Part shown: positions 8,526 to 18,602 of the stretch, one piece after another | How positions within the stretch are numbered: position 1 is the first letter of the stretch | Layout of the letters: every line of letters starts with the position of its first letter | NCBI GenBank assembly: GCA_963716985.1 | Contig: OY970323.1 | Coordinates: forward strand, 896,001-960,000 | Length of the DNA: 64,000 nt | Direction of reading: 5' to 3' | Origin: an uncultured bacterium | GTDB taxonomy: Bacteria > Chlamydiota > Chlamydiia > Chlamydiales > SM23-39 | The notes under the pieces: generated by a model | What the model saw: only the letters and a program-made list of their open reading frames with translations | Database searches by the model: none | Told to the model about the DNA's origin: nothing | Program-made: the position numbers and the translations under genes

Positions 8526-10833
8526 TCAATAGTGCTACTTGTTCATCAAGCTTTTGATCATCATCATTCCAGAGCCAGGGTTTTTTAGGTTCTGAAGGAT
8601 GTTGAGTGATTTCCCTCACTGTTTGGTAAAGAACCTGTGTAGCGGGCGATATAAAAGATTTTCCTTCGTAGTTCCCGAACATTTTTTGAGAGCGGAGATC
8701 GATTGCCTGGACTGCAAACAGCAGGGCCAGGGAAAGATACTGTCGGAATAGTTCTAATGATTGACGAGTGAGATTCGCTGAATTAAACCCTTGACTATTG
8801 ATGTTCTGATTGAATTGTTCTGCATGCGTTGGGAAACGATCAGCAATTGAATGCCCATAGAATTCCAATAGGGGAAGGATGGAATTGCCCACAATTTGAA
8901 GCCCTTTCATTCCCATATTGATAGGGCGTTCAAGATTTCCCACAAGACAAGGAGATAAGCCATTGCTAAATTTGGGCTCTACCAGTAAAGCAATTTGCAC
9001 GTCTAAGCCTTTTGTTGTAAGGCTTAACATCATGCGCAGCTGATCCATTCCGATTCCGATGTATTCTCCCAGAAAATTCCCTCCATAGAAAATTTCTCCA
9101 GTATCCGGATTCATTAGGGGGTTATCATTGGAGGAGTTCATTTCGACTTCGATTTGCCGTTTTAGATTCCATAAATTCTCAAAAATCGGTCCTAAGTATT
9201 GGGGCAAACAGCGCGATGAGTAACGATCTTGTACCAGATCGTCTTTTGCATTCCTGTCAAATCCATCGTTTCGACGGACCAAAAGAGAGTTCTCTAACAG
9301 ATGGAATATTTTTTCAGCAACCCATAGCTGCCCTGGATGGGGTTTAATCTGGTGCAAATATGGATGAAATGAGAGAGTTGTTCCATGAAGTCCTTGAATG
9401 AACATGGCCTGAATATGCAGCGCAAGCATGAGGAGCTCCTCGGCTTCTTTTACACAGCCTGCTCCGATTGCTGTCATCATGGAAGTGCCGTTTAACATGG
9501 CGAGAGCTTCTTTTGGTTCTAACGATAAAGGCGATAAATTCAGCTTCTTTAGCGCTTCAGTGGCTGGCAATAGCTTTCCGTTCATATCGACCTTATAGTT
9601 GGCTTCATGGCCAACAAGAGCGCCTGCGATATAAGACAGTGGCACTAGATCTCCACTTGCACCAATTGATCCTAACTCAGGAACGCAAGGTGTTATTCCT
9701 TCATTAACGAAAGTGACCAACCGCTCGATTAGAGAGAGACGAATACTAGAATTCCCCCGCAAGTGCGAATTTGCCCGAAGAATCATTGCTGATCGAACGT
9801 CTTGTTTGGGAAGATATTTCCCCGCGCCGGCTTTGTGGATCCATAGCATATTTTGTTGCATATGGGCAGCGTTTTGGGGGGAGATGAGGTGATTAGCCAT
9901 CCCACCAAAAGCAGTGGTGACACCGTAAATTGTCTCTCCAGATGCAACCGCTTGCTGCATTTTTTTATGTGATAATTCAATTCGATTGAGAATAGTCGAA
10001 TCTTTTGTGATGGACACTGTAGAATGTCTGGTTGCAGCCGATATTAATTGGTCGATTGTTAAATTGTTTCCGTTTAATTCTATTGATGCTTGTTTCATTG
10101 TTTTGCTTATTTTTTCAGCCATCTCTTTTCCAGATGTTTTACAAAAGAGATGGCCGCCTTTAAAAGTTTCAAAATAGAAATCGCTTTTTGTATATTGTTT
10201 CCATTGTCTTATTTCACTAGCAGAAGCAAAGATATCTTCACTGCCGCCAAAAGCGAAAATGGGTATTGTCATGTTAGATAGGCTAGATATTGTATGACTT
10301 TCACAAACCGAAAAATCAGCACGTATGATGTGCAGAAACATATCTAATATGTCGGGTGATTTTAGAATATTTTCTGGCAATTCTTCTAATTTCCGAATTT
10401 GATTTAGTAAATCATTTTTTGGTAATAATGCCATTGCGGGAAGTTGAGAAGGGAGATGGGGAGCTCTCATAGCGGACAAGAAGAGGTAATTTGCTTTTTT
10501 TTGAAAGTAGGATTCTAGGTAGCGAGCTAGTTCGAAAGCAATCAAAGCTCCCATTGAATGGCCGAAAAAGGCAAATGGGATATCCAAGTGATCGCGAATA
10601 CCTTGTGCAATAGCAGGTATGAGTTCGTTCATGCTATGGTAAGCAGTCTCATTGATTCTGGTGCCCCGGCCTGGAAGTTCGATAGTGCACATATCGATTT
10701 CAGGAGACATATGGGGCTCCATAGAGCGATATGCAAAACTGCTCCCTCCTGCGAAAGGAAAGCAAAAAAGGCGTGCAGCAGCGGGATAATTTCTTTTCTG
10801 TGCTGAAGGGATCCAGGAATTCTTGGGCATCAT
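8470..10833 (-). CDS. Type II thioesterase fused to an MIO-dependent aromatic amino acid ammonia-lyase/aminomutase (PAL-like)
   Basis: The N-terminal ~245 aa contain LFCFPFAGG, GHSMG and GGHLF. The C-terminal ~540 aa contain YGVTTAFGGMA, the MIO motif SIGASGDL, QDRYS and EQFNQNINSQG. Confidence 0.92.
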   Translation of the reverse strand: MMPKNSWIPSAQKRNYPAAARLFCFPFAGGSSFAYRSMEPHMSPEIDMCTIELPGRGTRINETAYHSMNELIPAIAQGIRDHLDIPFAFFGHSMGALIAFELARYLESYFQKKANYLFLSAMRAPHLPSQLPAMALLPKNDLLNQIRKLEELPENILKSPDILDMFLHIIRADFSVCESHTISSLSNMTIPIFAFGGSEDIFASASEIRQWKQYTKSDFYFETFKGGHLFCKTSGKEMAEKISKTMKQASIELNGNNLTIDQLISAATRHSTVSITKDSTILNRIELSHKKMQQAVASGETIYGVTTAFGGMANHLISPQNAAHMQQNMLWIHKAGAGKYLPKQDVRSAMILRANSHLRGNSSIRLSLIERLVTFVNEGITPCVPELGSIGASGDLVPLSYIAGALVGHEANYKVDMNGKLLPATEALKKLNLSPLSLEPKEALAMLNGTSMMTAIGAGCVKEAEELLMLALHIQAMFIQGLHGTTLSFHPYLHQIKPHPGQLWVAEKIFHLLENSLLVRRNDGFDRNAKDDLVQDRYSSRCLPQYLGPIFENLWNLKRQIEVEMNSSNDNPLMNPDTGEIFYGGNFLGEYIGIGMDQLRMMLSLTTKGLDVQIALLVEPKFSNGLSPCLVGNLERPINMGMKGLQIVGNSILPLLEFYGHSIADRFPTHAEQFNQNINSQGFNSANLTRQSLELFRQYLSLALLFAVQAIDLRSQKMFGNYEGKSFISPATQVLYQTVREITQHPSEPKKPWLWNDDDQKLDEQVALLNEDLASPESTLKKASRFG

Positions 10834-11270
10834 GAAGCAAAAAAGGCGATGAGTGCAGTTTCTATAAGGATGATGAGATAAATGCCGCAGAGACGTAAGG
10901 CATCTTTATCTCCAAGTATTCTTAACGGGTTTTTCCAAATGACAGTTGATTCCAAAACTTCAACCCCAAGATGGCTTATGAATACCATCCCCCCCATAAT
11001 AAACATGTGAACTGTGGGAAGGTGGTGTATGCTCCTGAATACACTCGTTCCTTGCCAAAAAAATAGGGTAGCTAGTAAGCAAAAGAAGGTGGCTATATAA
11101 AAAGGAGAGAGAATGAACTCTTCGAGCTTTTTGTTAATGCTTTCTCTGTTCCCTTTAGTTTTTATTCCGGTTAGAGTTCCTGCGATTCCGCAAGCCAGAT
11201 AGCTATAGATTGTAGTGATCCAGAAAATCGGCCAAGCGCTTTTGATTAAGAATAGCCACTGAATATCCAT
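10830..11270 (-). CDS. Small integral membrane protein, first gene of the biosynthetic operon
   Basis: About four hydrophobic segments; ATGA overlap with the TE-lyase gene. Confidence 0.7.
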   Translation of the reverse strand: MDIQWLFLIKSAWPIFWITTIYSYLACGIAGTLTGIKTKGNRESINKKLEEFILSPFYIATFFCLLATLFFWQGTSVFRSIHHLPTVHMFIMGGMVFISHLGVEVLESTVIWKNPLRILGDKDALRLCGIYLIILIETALIAFFAS

Positions 11271-11390
11271 GTAAATGCCTCTGCAAGAATTGGAAGAGTC
11301 TAAACGTTTTGTGGTTTTTAGCCAAATGAAAAAATTGTAGATTTTTAAGGAAACGAGGAGAATAATCGCTCCTTATCTTGACCGAGGAGG

Positions 11391-11741
11391 TTGTTAATGT
11401 TTTCAAAGATTCAGAGGGTGTGCGGCAATGTTTTAAACAACGAGCCTTGGGGAATTTCTATCAGGCCTTTTTTAAAATTTAGTGCTTCCTCGTTGGCTTG
11501 TGGAAGCCTTGCAAATAGGATGTGGATTACCGCTAATCAACTTGTCGAAGATCCTCACGCAAGGGAACAAGTGTTTCGAGCGGGACAACGTTTATTTGCC
11601 TTGATGGCAGAGCAAAAAGATACAGCCGTAGATAGTTTTGCCATGGTCAATCGAGTCGGAGCGATGGCTCTTGGCTTGATTAGTACTGCATTGGCGATAA
11701 AGGCTATAACAATTGTTTGGAATCGTAAGGATAGGAGTTGA
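11391..11741 (+). CDS. Hypothetical small membrane-associated protein (paralog 1)
   Basis: GAGGAGG RBS upstream; similar to the next ORF (DPHAREQVFRAGQRLF versus ENPRARDQVFRAAQRVF). Confidence 0.65.
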   Translation: MLMFSKIQRVCGNVLNNEPWGISIRPFLKFSASSLACGSLANRMWITANQLVEDPHAREQVFRAGQRLFALMAEQKDTAVDSFAMVNRVGAMALGLISTALAIKAITIVWNRKDRS

Positions 11742-11748
11742 GGTGATT

Positions 11749-12015
11749 ATGAGTGGAGTTATATTTTCTGCAGTGGCGTCTTTTGCTTGCGCCAGCCTTA
11801 CTAGGCAGATGTGGCGCAGCGCAAATAAAGTAAGGGAGAATCCAAGAGCGCGTGATCAAGTTTTTAGAGCGGCTCAACGAGTGTTTCCTTCAATTCAGGC
11901 AAATCAGAAAGAAGTGATAGTAAATCGTTTTGAATATTGTACTCGAGCGGGATCATTGCTCGCAGGCGGAGGAAGCGCGGTGCTTGCAGCGAAGGTTTTA
12001 TTGAAAATGATATAG
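11749..12015 (+). CDS. Hypothetical small membrane-associated protein (paralog 2)
   Basis: ATG at 11749 after GAGGTG; clear paralogy to the upstream ORF. Confidence 0.65.
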   Translation: MSGVIFSAVASFACASLTRQMWRSANKVRENPRARDQVFRAAQRVFPSIQANQKEVIVNRFEYCTRAGSLLAGGGSAVLAAKVLLKMI

Positions 12016-12288
12016 CTGTTGAAATCCATCCTTTACTCACAGTTGCATGGTCAGAAAATCTGCATTCGAGGAAATCATGATGGTCCCTCTGCCAAAATGC
12101 ATAAGATCGGATTCTCGCTTGCTCTAGAGTTAGTTGCGCCAAACTTGCAATAAATTCTAATCATTTTCATAGATCCTCTAAATGCCAATCCAGTGAAGTT
12201 TCTCACCGACGCCATTTTTCGTTCCAACAGTTTGCGATAAAATTCAAACATGTACAACTAATCTCGTGCTATAACAATAGGAGGAGGC

Positions 12289-13434
12289 ATGGAAAAGGTG
12301 GAAATGTCGGCAAACTTAAAAGCTGAAGATTTGAGAGGAATCACGATGCGCACGCATAGGCATTGCCAGTCTTATCGGGTTCGCATTCGAATGAAGGGAG
12401 GGCAGTATTTTGATAGGTCATTTAAGTCGAAGACCCTAGCTAAAAAATGGAAGAGAGATATGGAATCGGCGATTGAGCATGATCGGTATGAATTCACCAA
12501 CCCAGCAACCAAGCATACGCTTGCAGAATTGATCGATCTTTACATAGAGAGGGTGCTCCCATCCAAGCCCAAAAATGCGAAGAATACTCGGAGACACCTG
12601 ATTTGGTGGAAGCAGGAGCTTGGCCATCTTTTTTTGGCTCAGATCCGACCGAGCTTGATTGCGGAAAAGAGGGATGATTTGCTTGCGGGGTTTGTGAGAA
12701 AAGGCAAGCTGCGCTCTTCTTCGACTGTTGTCCGCTATTTGAGCAGCCTTTCTCACGTTTTTTCAAAAGCTGTTAAGGAGTGGGAATGGGTGAGAGAGAA
12801 TCCAGTCCTCAAGATTGAAAAACCAAAGCAGTCGCAGGGACGTAGGCGGGTTTTGGATGAAGGGGAGCAAAAAAATCTTCTCAAAGCATGTGAAGAGAGT
12901 GGGTCAAAGGATCTGTTTTTGATCGTTGCAATGGCCCTGGGGACTGGGATGCGCAAAGGAGAGATCATGGGTTTGCGCTGGAAGAATTTGAATTTGCATC
13001 TTGCTGCAGAGAAAGGGATTATTTTTCTCGAGAACACAAAAAATGGAAAGCCACGGCCAATTCTTGTCACTGGGCTATTGTTGAATCTTTTGCGAGAGCG
13101 GTGCGCAAATCAGCGGGATGACGCTCTGGTTTTCCCTTCTCCCAATTGTCCAAGCAGACCTGTCGACATTCGATCAGCGTGGGAATGCGCCCTAAAAAAG
13201 GCGAGCATCGAGGGCTTTGTATTTCATGGATTGCGCCACCAGACAGCTTCCTGTGCAGCTACGATCGAAGATAATCCGCTTGTAATCGGAGAGCTACTTG
13301 GCCACGAAACGCTTCAAATGACGAAACATTACGTCCACCTTCCCAGCAGCCACATGCATGCAATGGTAGAGACTCTTCAGACCAAAATTTTTCAAAATTA
13401 TCGGGAGGAAAAAAATGAACAGCTTAGAAAATGA
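12289..13434 (+). CDS. Tyrosine recombinase/integrase (IntA)
   Basis: GMRKGEI, TKNG, FHGLRH, LLGH and MTKHY catalytic motifs. Confidence 0.95.
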   Translation: MEKVEMSANLKAEDLRGITMRTHRHCQSYRVRIRMKGGQYFDRSFKSKTLAKKWKRDMESAIEHDRYEFTNPATKHTLAELIDLYIERVLPSKPKNAKNTRRHLIWWKQELGHLFLAQIRPSLIAEKRDDLLAGFVRKGKLRSSSTVVRYLSSLSHVFSKAVKEWEWVRENPVLKIEKPKQSQGRRRVLDEGEQKNLLKACEESGSKDLFLIVAMALGTGMRKGEIMGLRWKNLNLHLAAEKGIIFLENTKNGKPRPILVTGLLLNLLRERCANQRDDALVFPSPNCPSRPVDIRSAWECALKKASIEGFVFHGLRHQTASCAATIEDNPLVIGELLGHETLQMTKHYVHLPSSHMHAMVETLQTKIFQNYREEKNEQLRK

Positions 13435-14143
13435 TGATTTTCCCGTTCGCTCGCTTTGGCGACCCGAATTGTTGACCAGTGAAGAGTTGCAGGCGAGTCT
13501 GAAAGATGATTATTGGACGGCAAGAATCGCCGCCTATCGAGCTTTGGGCATGAAAACTCCCGATGCGGGTAGCCTTGAAGAGGAGAAACGGCTTTGCCCA
13601 GATTTTGAGAAATACCATGCACTTTTTGAATCTTGCTTTGAAAACAAGAAGATAGCGGTCCAGTGCCATTGCTTGGAACAGGGCAAAATGGTCTGTGCCG
13701 CAATGCCTGTTGATTGGCTCAAACTCATTCACAAAGGTCGGCTGACCGACGATGGGATTGAGGACAAGGATGTGAAGAAAGCAGGGCTTTACATTTCTCC
13801 GGAGCTTACTGCTGCATGGCTTCTAATCGAAGGGAAGGCTTGCTTATCGAAAAGGCGCCCAGCTCACGAGCGAGAAGACATGGTTTTTATATGGAAAGCG
13901 GCGAGAAAAGTCCGAAAGAATTTCCCTCATCTACCTCCTCGCATGATCGCGCAGATCGTTCATCAGCACGCCTTGAAACAAAGAAAATACCCTTTCAAGA
14001 CGGTCTATGGTTGGGTCATTGCTTCCTTTACTCCCATGAATGAATGGTCAGCTCGAAAAAGGCGCGATCGAAATGGTCGTCCGAAAAAAGGAAGCTACCC
14101 CAAGATTACGTTTGATTTCTCCTCGTATTTCTCAGATCTCTAA
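13415..14143 (+). CDS. Hypothetical integrase-associated protein with possible C-terminal HTH
   Basis: Conserved second copy at 49763-50491; overlaps the integrase 3' end. Confidence 0.75.
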   Translation: MNSLENDDFPVRSLWRPELLTSEELQASLKDDYWTARIAAYRALGMKTPDAGSLEEEKRLCPDFEKYHALFESCFENKKIAVQCHCLEQGKMVCAAMPVDWLKLIHKGRLTDDGIEDKDVKKAGLYISPELTAAWLLIEGKACLSKRRPAHEREDMVFIWKAARKVRKNFPHLPPRMIAQIVHQHALKQRKYPFKTVYGWVIASFTPMNEWSARKRRDRNGRPKKGSYPKITFDFSSYFSDL

Positions 14144-14259
14144 TCCACATTCAAGCATCGCTTTTAAAACTTTCGACCGAGGCCATTTTTAATGGCGATG
14201 CTTTGCCATAAAATACGGTTATTTAATTCAAACTGCGAGCAACGCAGAAGGAGGACGAC

Positions 14260-14559
14260 ATGAGAAACGATAGACAAGATTCAAAAAAGAGTGCTGAGGG
14301 AATGGGGGATGAGCCAAAGCAAACACGGTTCATTCCTGCGTCGAAATGGAATGAGTTTCACGAATGGCCGCCTGTCGGAGGGATGCGCCACTTGATCTTT
14401 TTCCGTAACGACAACGGATTTGCCAAAGTCTTAAAGCGGCCCAATAGGACATGGCTGATTGATGAAAAGGCTTTCTTCAAATGGGTCTCAGAAAGGAAAT
14501 ATAAGCCTCGCAAAAAAGAGCTGGAGGACATTGTTATCACAAAAATAGCATCTGAATAG
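14260..14559 (+). CDS. Excisionase-like small DNA-binding protein
   Basis: AAGGAGG RBS; motif FIPASKWNEFHEWP...LIDEKAFFKW shared with 50611-50910 and 41831-42034. Confidence 0.7.
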   Translation: MRNDRQDSKKSAEGMGDEPKQTRFIPASKWNEFHEWPPVGGMRHLIFFRNDNGFAKVLKRPNRTWLIDEKAFFKWVSERKYKPRKKELEDIVITKIASE

Positions 14560-14567
14560 GTCGTAAG

Positions 14568-15614
14568 ATGCCGAAGACTGGATTCATAAAGCTTCATCGC
14601 GAAGGGCTTGAGTTGCTTGAAGCCAGCCCATCAGCATTCTTGCTCCTGGCTTTGATTGCATTCCGTGCTAGGCGAACAGGGTCAACGTATTCAACGCATA
14701 AGCTGAAGATGAATGAAGCAGTCATCGGAGATCATGAGACTATCGGTTTGACCAGGCAGCAGTATAGAGGCGCTATGGAGAAGCTGGAAAAATATGGACT
14801 CGCGGTTTTCAAAAGAGATAAGAGAGGAACGATTGTGACTCTGACCAGTACGGCTATCTTCGATATCAATGCTGAATCAGAGGATGATGCCTTCAATAAC
14901 AAACAGCCATTTCAGAACCTTTTAGGAGCCATTCAGCAACCAACCGACAACCGCAAAGCAACCATATTGGAACCATCTGAACAACCATCAGATTTGTCTA
15001 TGGAAAATCGAAGAGAGCAACCATCTGAACAACCAACCCGTAACCATCAAGCAACCACTAGAGAACCAGAAAGGAACCAGTTCGTAACCACAAGACAGCC
15101 ACTAACAAAGAAAGAAGAAAAAGAAGAAGAAAGGGCAGCAGCAGCTCTTTTGCGCACTTTCTACAAATGCTTGGGCGGATTGGATCTGAGCGATCAGGAA
15201 AAACGCTCTCTGATGCGCTACGGAGAGAGTCGAGTGGCCCATGCTGTCGAATTTGTGAAGAGGAAGCAAGACGTGGATAGCGTCATTGGGATGTTGACAT
15301 GGGTATGCCAACAACCGGAACCGCCCGAACTTCCTCGAGAGAAACGGAAAAATCTGACTCCGCAGCAAAAACTCGCCTGGGAGTACAACCAGTTTCTCAG
15401 CAGCAATGGCTATGCTGCGTTAGCCAAGCAAAATGAAGAGACGATTCCTAATGACAGGATAATGATTTTAGAGCTGGGTCGGCCGATGTCGATCATTTTG
15501 AATCATTCACTTCCGACGTTGCAGGATGATTTTGGTAAGTCCAAAGACGAAATTTTGAAAAGTCAGCGGATTGTTCGGGAGCTTCAGGGCGACAAATTGT
15601 CACCGGTTCGGTAG
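14568..15614 (+). CDS. Phage-type replication initiator-like protein (Rep)
   Basis: N-terminal GFIKLHR and HTH-like region, followed by a Q/P/T/N-rich repetitive linker as in lambdoid O-type initiators. Confidence 0.6.
   Translation: MPKTGFIKLHREGLELLEASPSAFLLLALIAFRARRTGSTYSTHKLKMNEAVIGDHETIGLTRQQYRGAMEKLEKYGLAVFKRDKRGTIVTLTSTAIFDINAESEDDAFNNKQPFQNLLGAIQQPTDNRKATILEPSEQPSDLSMENRREQPSEQPTRNHQATTREPERNQFVTTRQPLTKKEEKEEERAAAALLRTFYKCLGGLDLSDQEKRSLMRYGESRVAHAVEFVKRKQDVDSVIGMLTWVCQQPEPPELPREKRKNLTPQQKLAWEYNQFLSSNGYAALAKQNEETIPNDRIMILELGRPMSIILNHSLPTLQDDFGKSKDEILKSQRIVRELQGDKLSPVR
14935..15090 (+). repeat. Intragenic AACC(A) iteron-like repeat cluster
   Basis: 14 AACC units in ~155 bp; exact 17-mer aaccatctgaacaacca at 14971 and 15019. 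Conserved in copy 2 (~51285-51440). Confidence 0.6.
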
Positions 15615-15713
15615 GGCAAATCGGGGGGACTTTGGGGAGGGTTTTGCGGAGCTAGTAAAAAGGAGGGCTTTTTCTGAAAAACCAGCCCCTACATTAGCCA
15701 AATATGGTTTGAT

Positions 15714-18590
15714 TCACTTCTCCAGAATTTCACGAATATTAGTAGCTATTTTGAAATTGACTCCAAGAGCTTCGAAATGAGCTTTCCCGCAATCAGTCTT
15801 TAAATTTTCGGTCTCTCTTCGTTTGGATGCATCATGCGTGCTTTTAGTTTCACGGATAAGATAGAGCTTTTCGTCGTCTTCAATGGCAACGGCCCAATCT
15901 GGATTATAATTTCCAAGAGGAGTGGGAACGATAAATTCCCTTGGTAATTTGCAGAAGAATTTAACGCGTTTATTGGAATCAAGACCTTCAGCTACTTGCC
16001 GCTCCAGTTCTGAATCAAAAGGAACGCAGTCGTAAGGAGTGCGATTGTCTTTGCTTTGTATTTCGTAAAGATTGTTCAAATATCCAATGATCTCTTCATG
16101 CTGAAAGAGCCTCATCTCATAATATTGATCCTCGATTTGTTCGTACTTGATCCCTTGGGATACCGTTTCATGAAGGGTGCGGGTTATTAGTTTGGCTATT
16201 TGGGACATAAAAGCTTGTGGATTGATTAAAAAATCCTGCAGCCGTCCCGATTGCTTGAGAATTTCTACAAGAGTTCCTCGTGTTAGCTCAGTTTCTCGCT
16301 GGAGAAAAGCAAGAATGTCTGGCAAGGTATAAGAACTGGTGACCATCGCAGTTTTGCTATCGAGAACTCGTCCGCATTCTACGCCTGCTTTATTAATTTC
16401 GATTTCAGTTTTGTCGATTAGAATGCTGATAGGTCGGATAGCATCCATTTTGTGGATTTTTGCAACGGCGCTTCTGATAAGATCTTTAGTTTCAAACTCT
16501 ACGAAGTAGCGGGTTTTTTTAGAAATTTTCTCCCATAGAATTTTAAAATCTTCGTTCAATTCAATTTGCTTGTTGTATTTGAGAGTTCGACGCTCTCTTG
16601 TATTTACGATACGATCTTTGAAAGTATGCCGTTTCAGTTCATCGATAATAGTTGAGGACATATGTTGAAGTGCTTCGGGCAGTTCAAGCTGAAATCCGGG
16701 CTTTTCTGGTGCAAATTTGTCCGTGATACGGCCTTGTTTGTCGATATAGCCTTGGTTTTCAAGGGCAACCCAAATTTCTTTGCTAATAGCACCATTAAAG
16801 AGAGAGCTGAAAGTGATTGGCTCAATACGTCCAAACTTAATCCCCAGATCATTTTCTATATCTTCTTGAAGTCCCTTGGCATAATCCTGAAAGGGCTCAC
16901 TTGCGATCACAGTCAATCTATTAATTGCATCATCATGGATACGGTCACCGCAGTGGTTTACTGGCAATCTAAGCCCTCTTCCAAGGGTCTGACGCCGTTC
17001 TCGTTCTGCGCCCATATCTCGTAAAGAACAGATCTGGAAAATATTTGGGTTATCCCACCCTTCTTTTAGGGCAGAATGGGTGAAAATAAATCGCAAAGGT
17101 TCTTCTTGTGAGAGCAAGCGCTCTTTATCTTTCATAATCAGCTTGTAGGTGTCATCATCTGCTTTGGTTGATCCATTAGTGTCCACTATTTGATTCTTCT
17201 TGCGATCGGCAGAAAAATAACCATCATGGAGCTTTTCAACATCAAAAGGAATCAGACCCGCATAGATGGGCCTTTGAGAGATTTTTTGATAAGACTCTTC
17301 AAACCACTGTGCAAATTTCCCCTTTTGAGCTTTACCTTGGTCGTCATACAAACGGTAATGTGCAACTTTATCGACGAAGAAAAGGGACAGCACTTTGATT
17401 CCTTTGTCTTTTAGTCTGTATTCCTTATGGAAATGTTCTTCAATAGTTCGATGGATTTGCGCTTTGAGCAGCTCATCACCCATCCCGCCCTCTTCTTGCT
17501 TAACATGAATGATTTTTCCATTGGAAAACTCAACTCGTTCTAGCCCCTTTTCGGCAGAAATATTTGCCACGATGTAACCATCATAGCCGGGTCGATCTGT
17601 ATGAGCGCTTACGTTGGTACCTTGATACAGGGTGATCTTCTTTTCTTTGGAGTCATCATCGAAAATTGTCGCTTTGGCATGGGGTGTTTTTGCTCCTTTT
17701 GCGTAACCGATCTTATCAATTCGTAGAAAAACTCCATTGAAGTTGTTTTCTGTTCGAACAGAATCCACCTCTATTCGTTTGACGAGCCGCATATCATAGG
17801 CGCGAATAGGATCAAGTTTGTAGAGCAGGTTATAAGGAGTCAAATGGGTCGCAGAATAACGAAGACAAAAGAGAGGATTCAAGGTTGTGATTGCCTGTCT
17901 CGCCTTGTCCGTGTTGTCTACGCTTTGTGGTTCATCGATAATTACGATCGGACTCGTGGCTTCAATATAATCGATCGGCTTCCGTCCGGACATCTTGTCT
18001 TGTTCCTGATTGATAATATTTAGCTCTTTTTGAAAAGCCTGAATATTAATGATCATGATCTGGATGCTGTTATTCAGCGCAAATTGACGAACGCGGCTTA
18101 AATCGTTTGAGCTATAGACAAAGTGGTCAAAAGGAACTTTATCGTAAAGGTTATCAAAATGGTCGCGCATTAATGCAATGGAAGACAGTACCCCTTCTCG
18201 AACCGCAACAGAAGGAACAACAATCACGAACTTTTTGAATCCATGCTTGTGATGCAACTCAAAAATGGTGCGCAAGTACACATAGGTTTTGCCCGTTCCT
18301 GTTTCCATTTCTATTGAGAAATGAGGAGTGCCATTACTTTTTTCAATTGCGGAAGACTTAGGAAGGCGATTTCGCTCTTGAATCGATTGCAAGTTATTCA
18401 GCAATAAATCATTGCACATCAGGCAGTGATTCCCAATTCCGAGCTCCTGAAGCAGTTCACCCTGTTTTCGTGCAAAATGAATATTTAATGAGCCCTGCAT
18501 TGTTATTGGGGGCAGTCCTTCGAAAAGGTCTGTAACCGATTGAATCGCATCGAGTTGGTATGAGAGCCCCGCATCAAATTTCAATTTCAT
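15714..18590 (-). CDS. res: Type III restriction endonuclease subunit
   Basis: METGTGKT, DEPQ, EGWDNP, and a C-terminal NPDW...ETK nuclease motif. Confidence 0.93.
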   Translation of the reverse strand: MKLKFDAGLSYQLDAIQSVTDLFEGLPPITMQGSLNIHFARKQGELLQELGIGNHCLMCNDLLLNNLQSIQERNRLPKSSAIEKSNGTPHFSIEMETGTGKTYVYLRTIFELHHKHGFKKFVIVVPSVAVREGVLSSIALMRDHFDNLYDKVPFDHFVYSSNDLSRVRQFALNNSIQIMIINIQAFQKELNIINQEQDKMSGRKPIDYIEATSPIVIIDEPQSVDNTDKARQAITTLNPLFCLRYSATHLTPYNLLYKLDPIRAYDMRLVKRIEVDSVRTENNFNGVFLRIDKIGYAKGAKTPHAKATIFDDDSKEKKITLYQGTNVSAHTDRPGYDGYIVANISAEKGLERVEFSNGKIIHVKQEEGGMGDELLKAQIHRTIEEHFHKEYRLKDKGIKVLSLFFVDKVAHYRLYDDQGKAQKGKFAQWFEESYQKISQRPIYAGLIPFDVEKLHDGYFSADRKKNQIVDTNGSTKADDDTYKLIMKDKERLLSQEEPLRFIFTHSALKEGWDNPNIFQICSLRDMGAERERRQTLGRGLRLPVNHCGDRIHDDAINRLTVIASEPFQDYAKGLQEDIENDLGIKFGRIEPITFSSLFNGAISKEIWVALENQGYIDKQGRITDKFAPEKPGFQLELPEALQHMSSTIIDELKRHTFKDRIVNTRERRTLKYNKQIELNEDFKILWEKISKKTRYFVEFETKDLIRSAVAKIHKMDAIRPISILIDKTEIEINKAGVECGRVLDSKTAMVTSSYTLPDILAFLQRETELTRGTLVEILKQSGRLQDFLINPQAFMSQIAKLITRTLHETVSQGIKYEQIEDQYYEMRLFQHEEIIGYLNNLYEIQSKDNRTPYDCVPFDSELERQVAEGLDSNKRVKFFCKLPREFIVPTPLGNYNPDWAVAIEDDEKLYLIRETKSTHDASKRRETENLKTDCGKAHFEALGVNFKIATNIREILEK

Positions 18591-18602
18591 AAGCCAATCT
18601 CC

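Larger units (their letters stand above)
12175..15690 (+). mobile_element. Module A copy 1: integrase-hypothetical-Xis-like-Rep
   Basis: Co-linear, highly similar direct copy at ~48531-52040, including flanking non-coding DNA. Boundaries are approximate. Confidence 0.85.

Noticed and set aside
12013..12033. tagct...gaaatcc(c)atcct similarity to 52077-52098 as island attL/attR
   Set aside because: The match is short and gapped, is absent at the 48.5-kb junction, and the right copy is explained as a palindrome arm.
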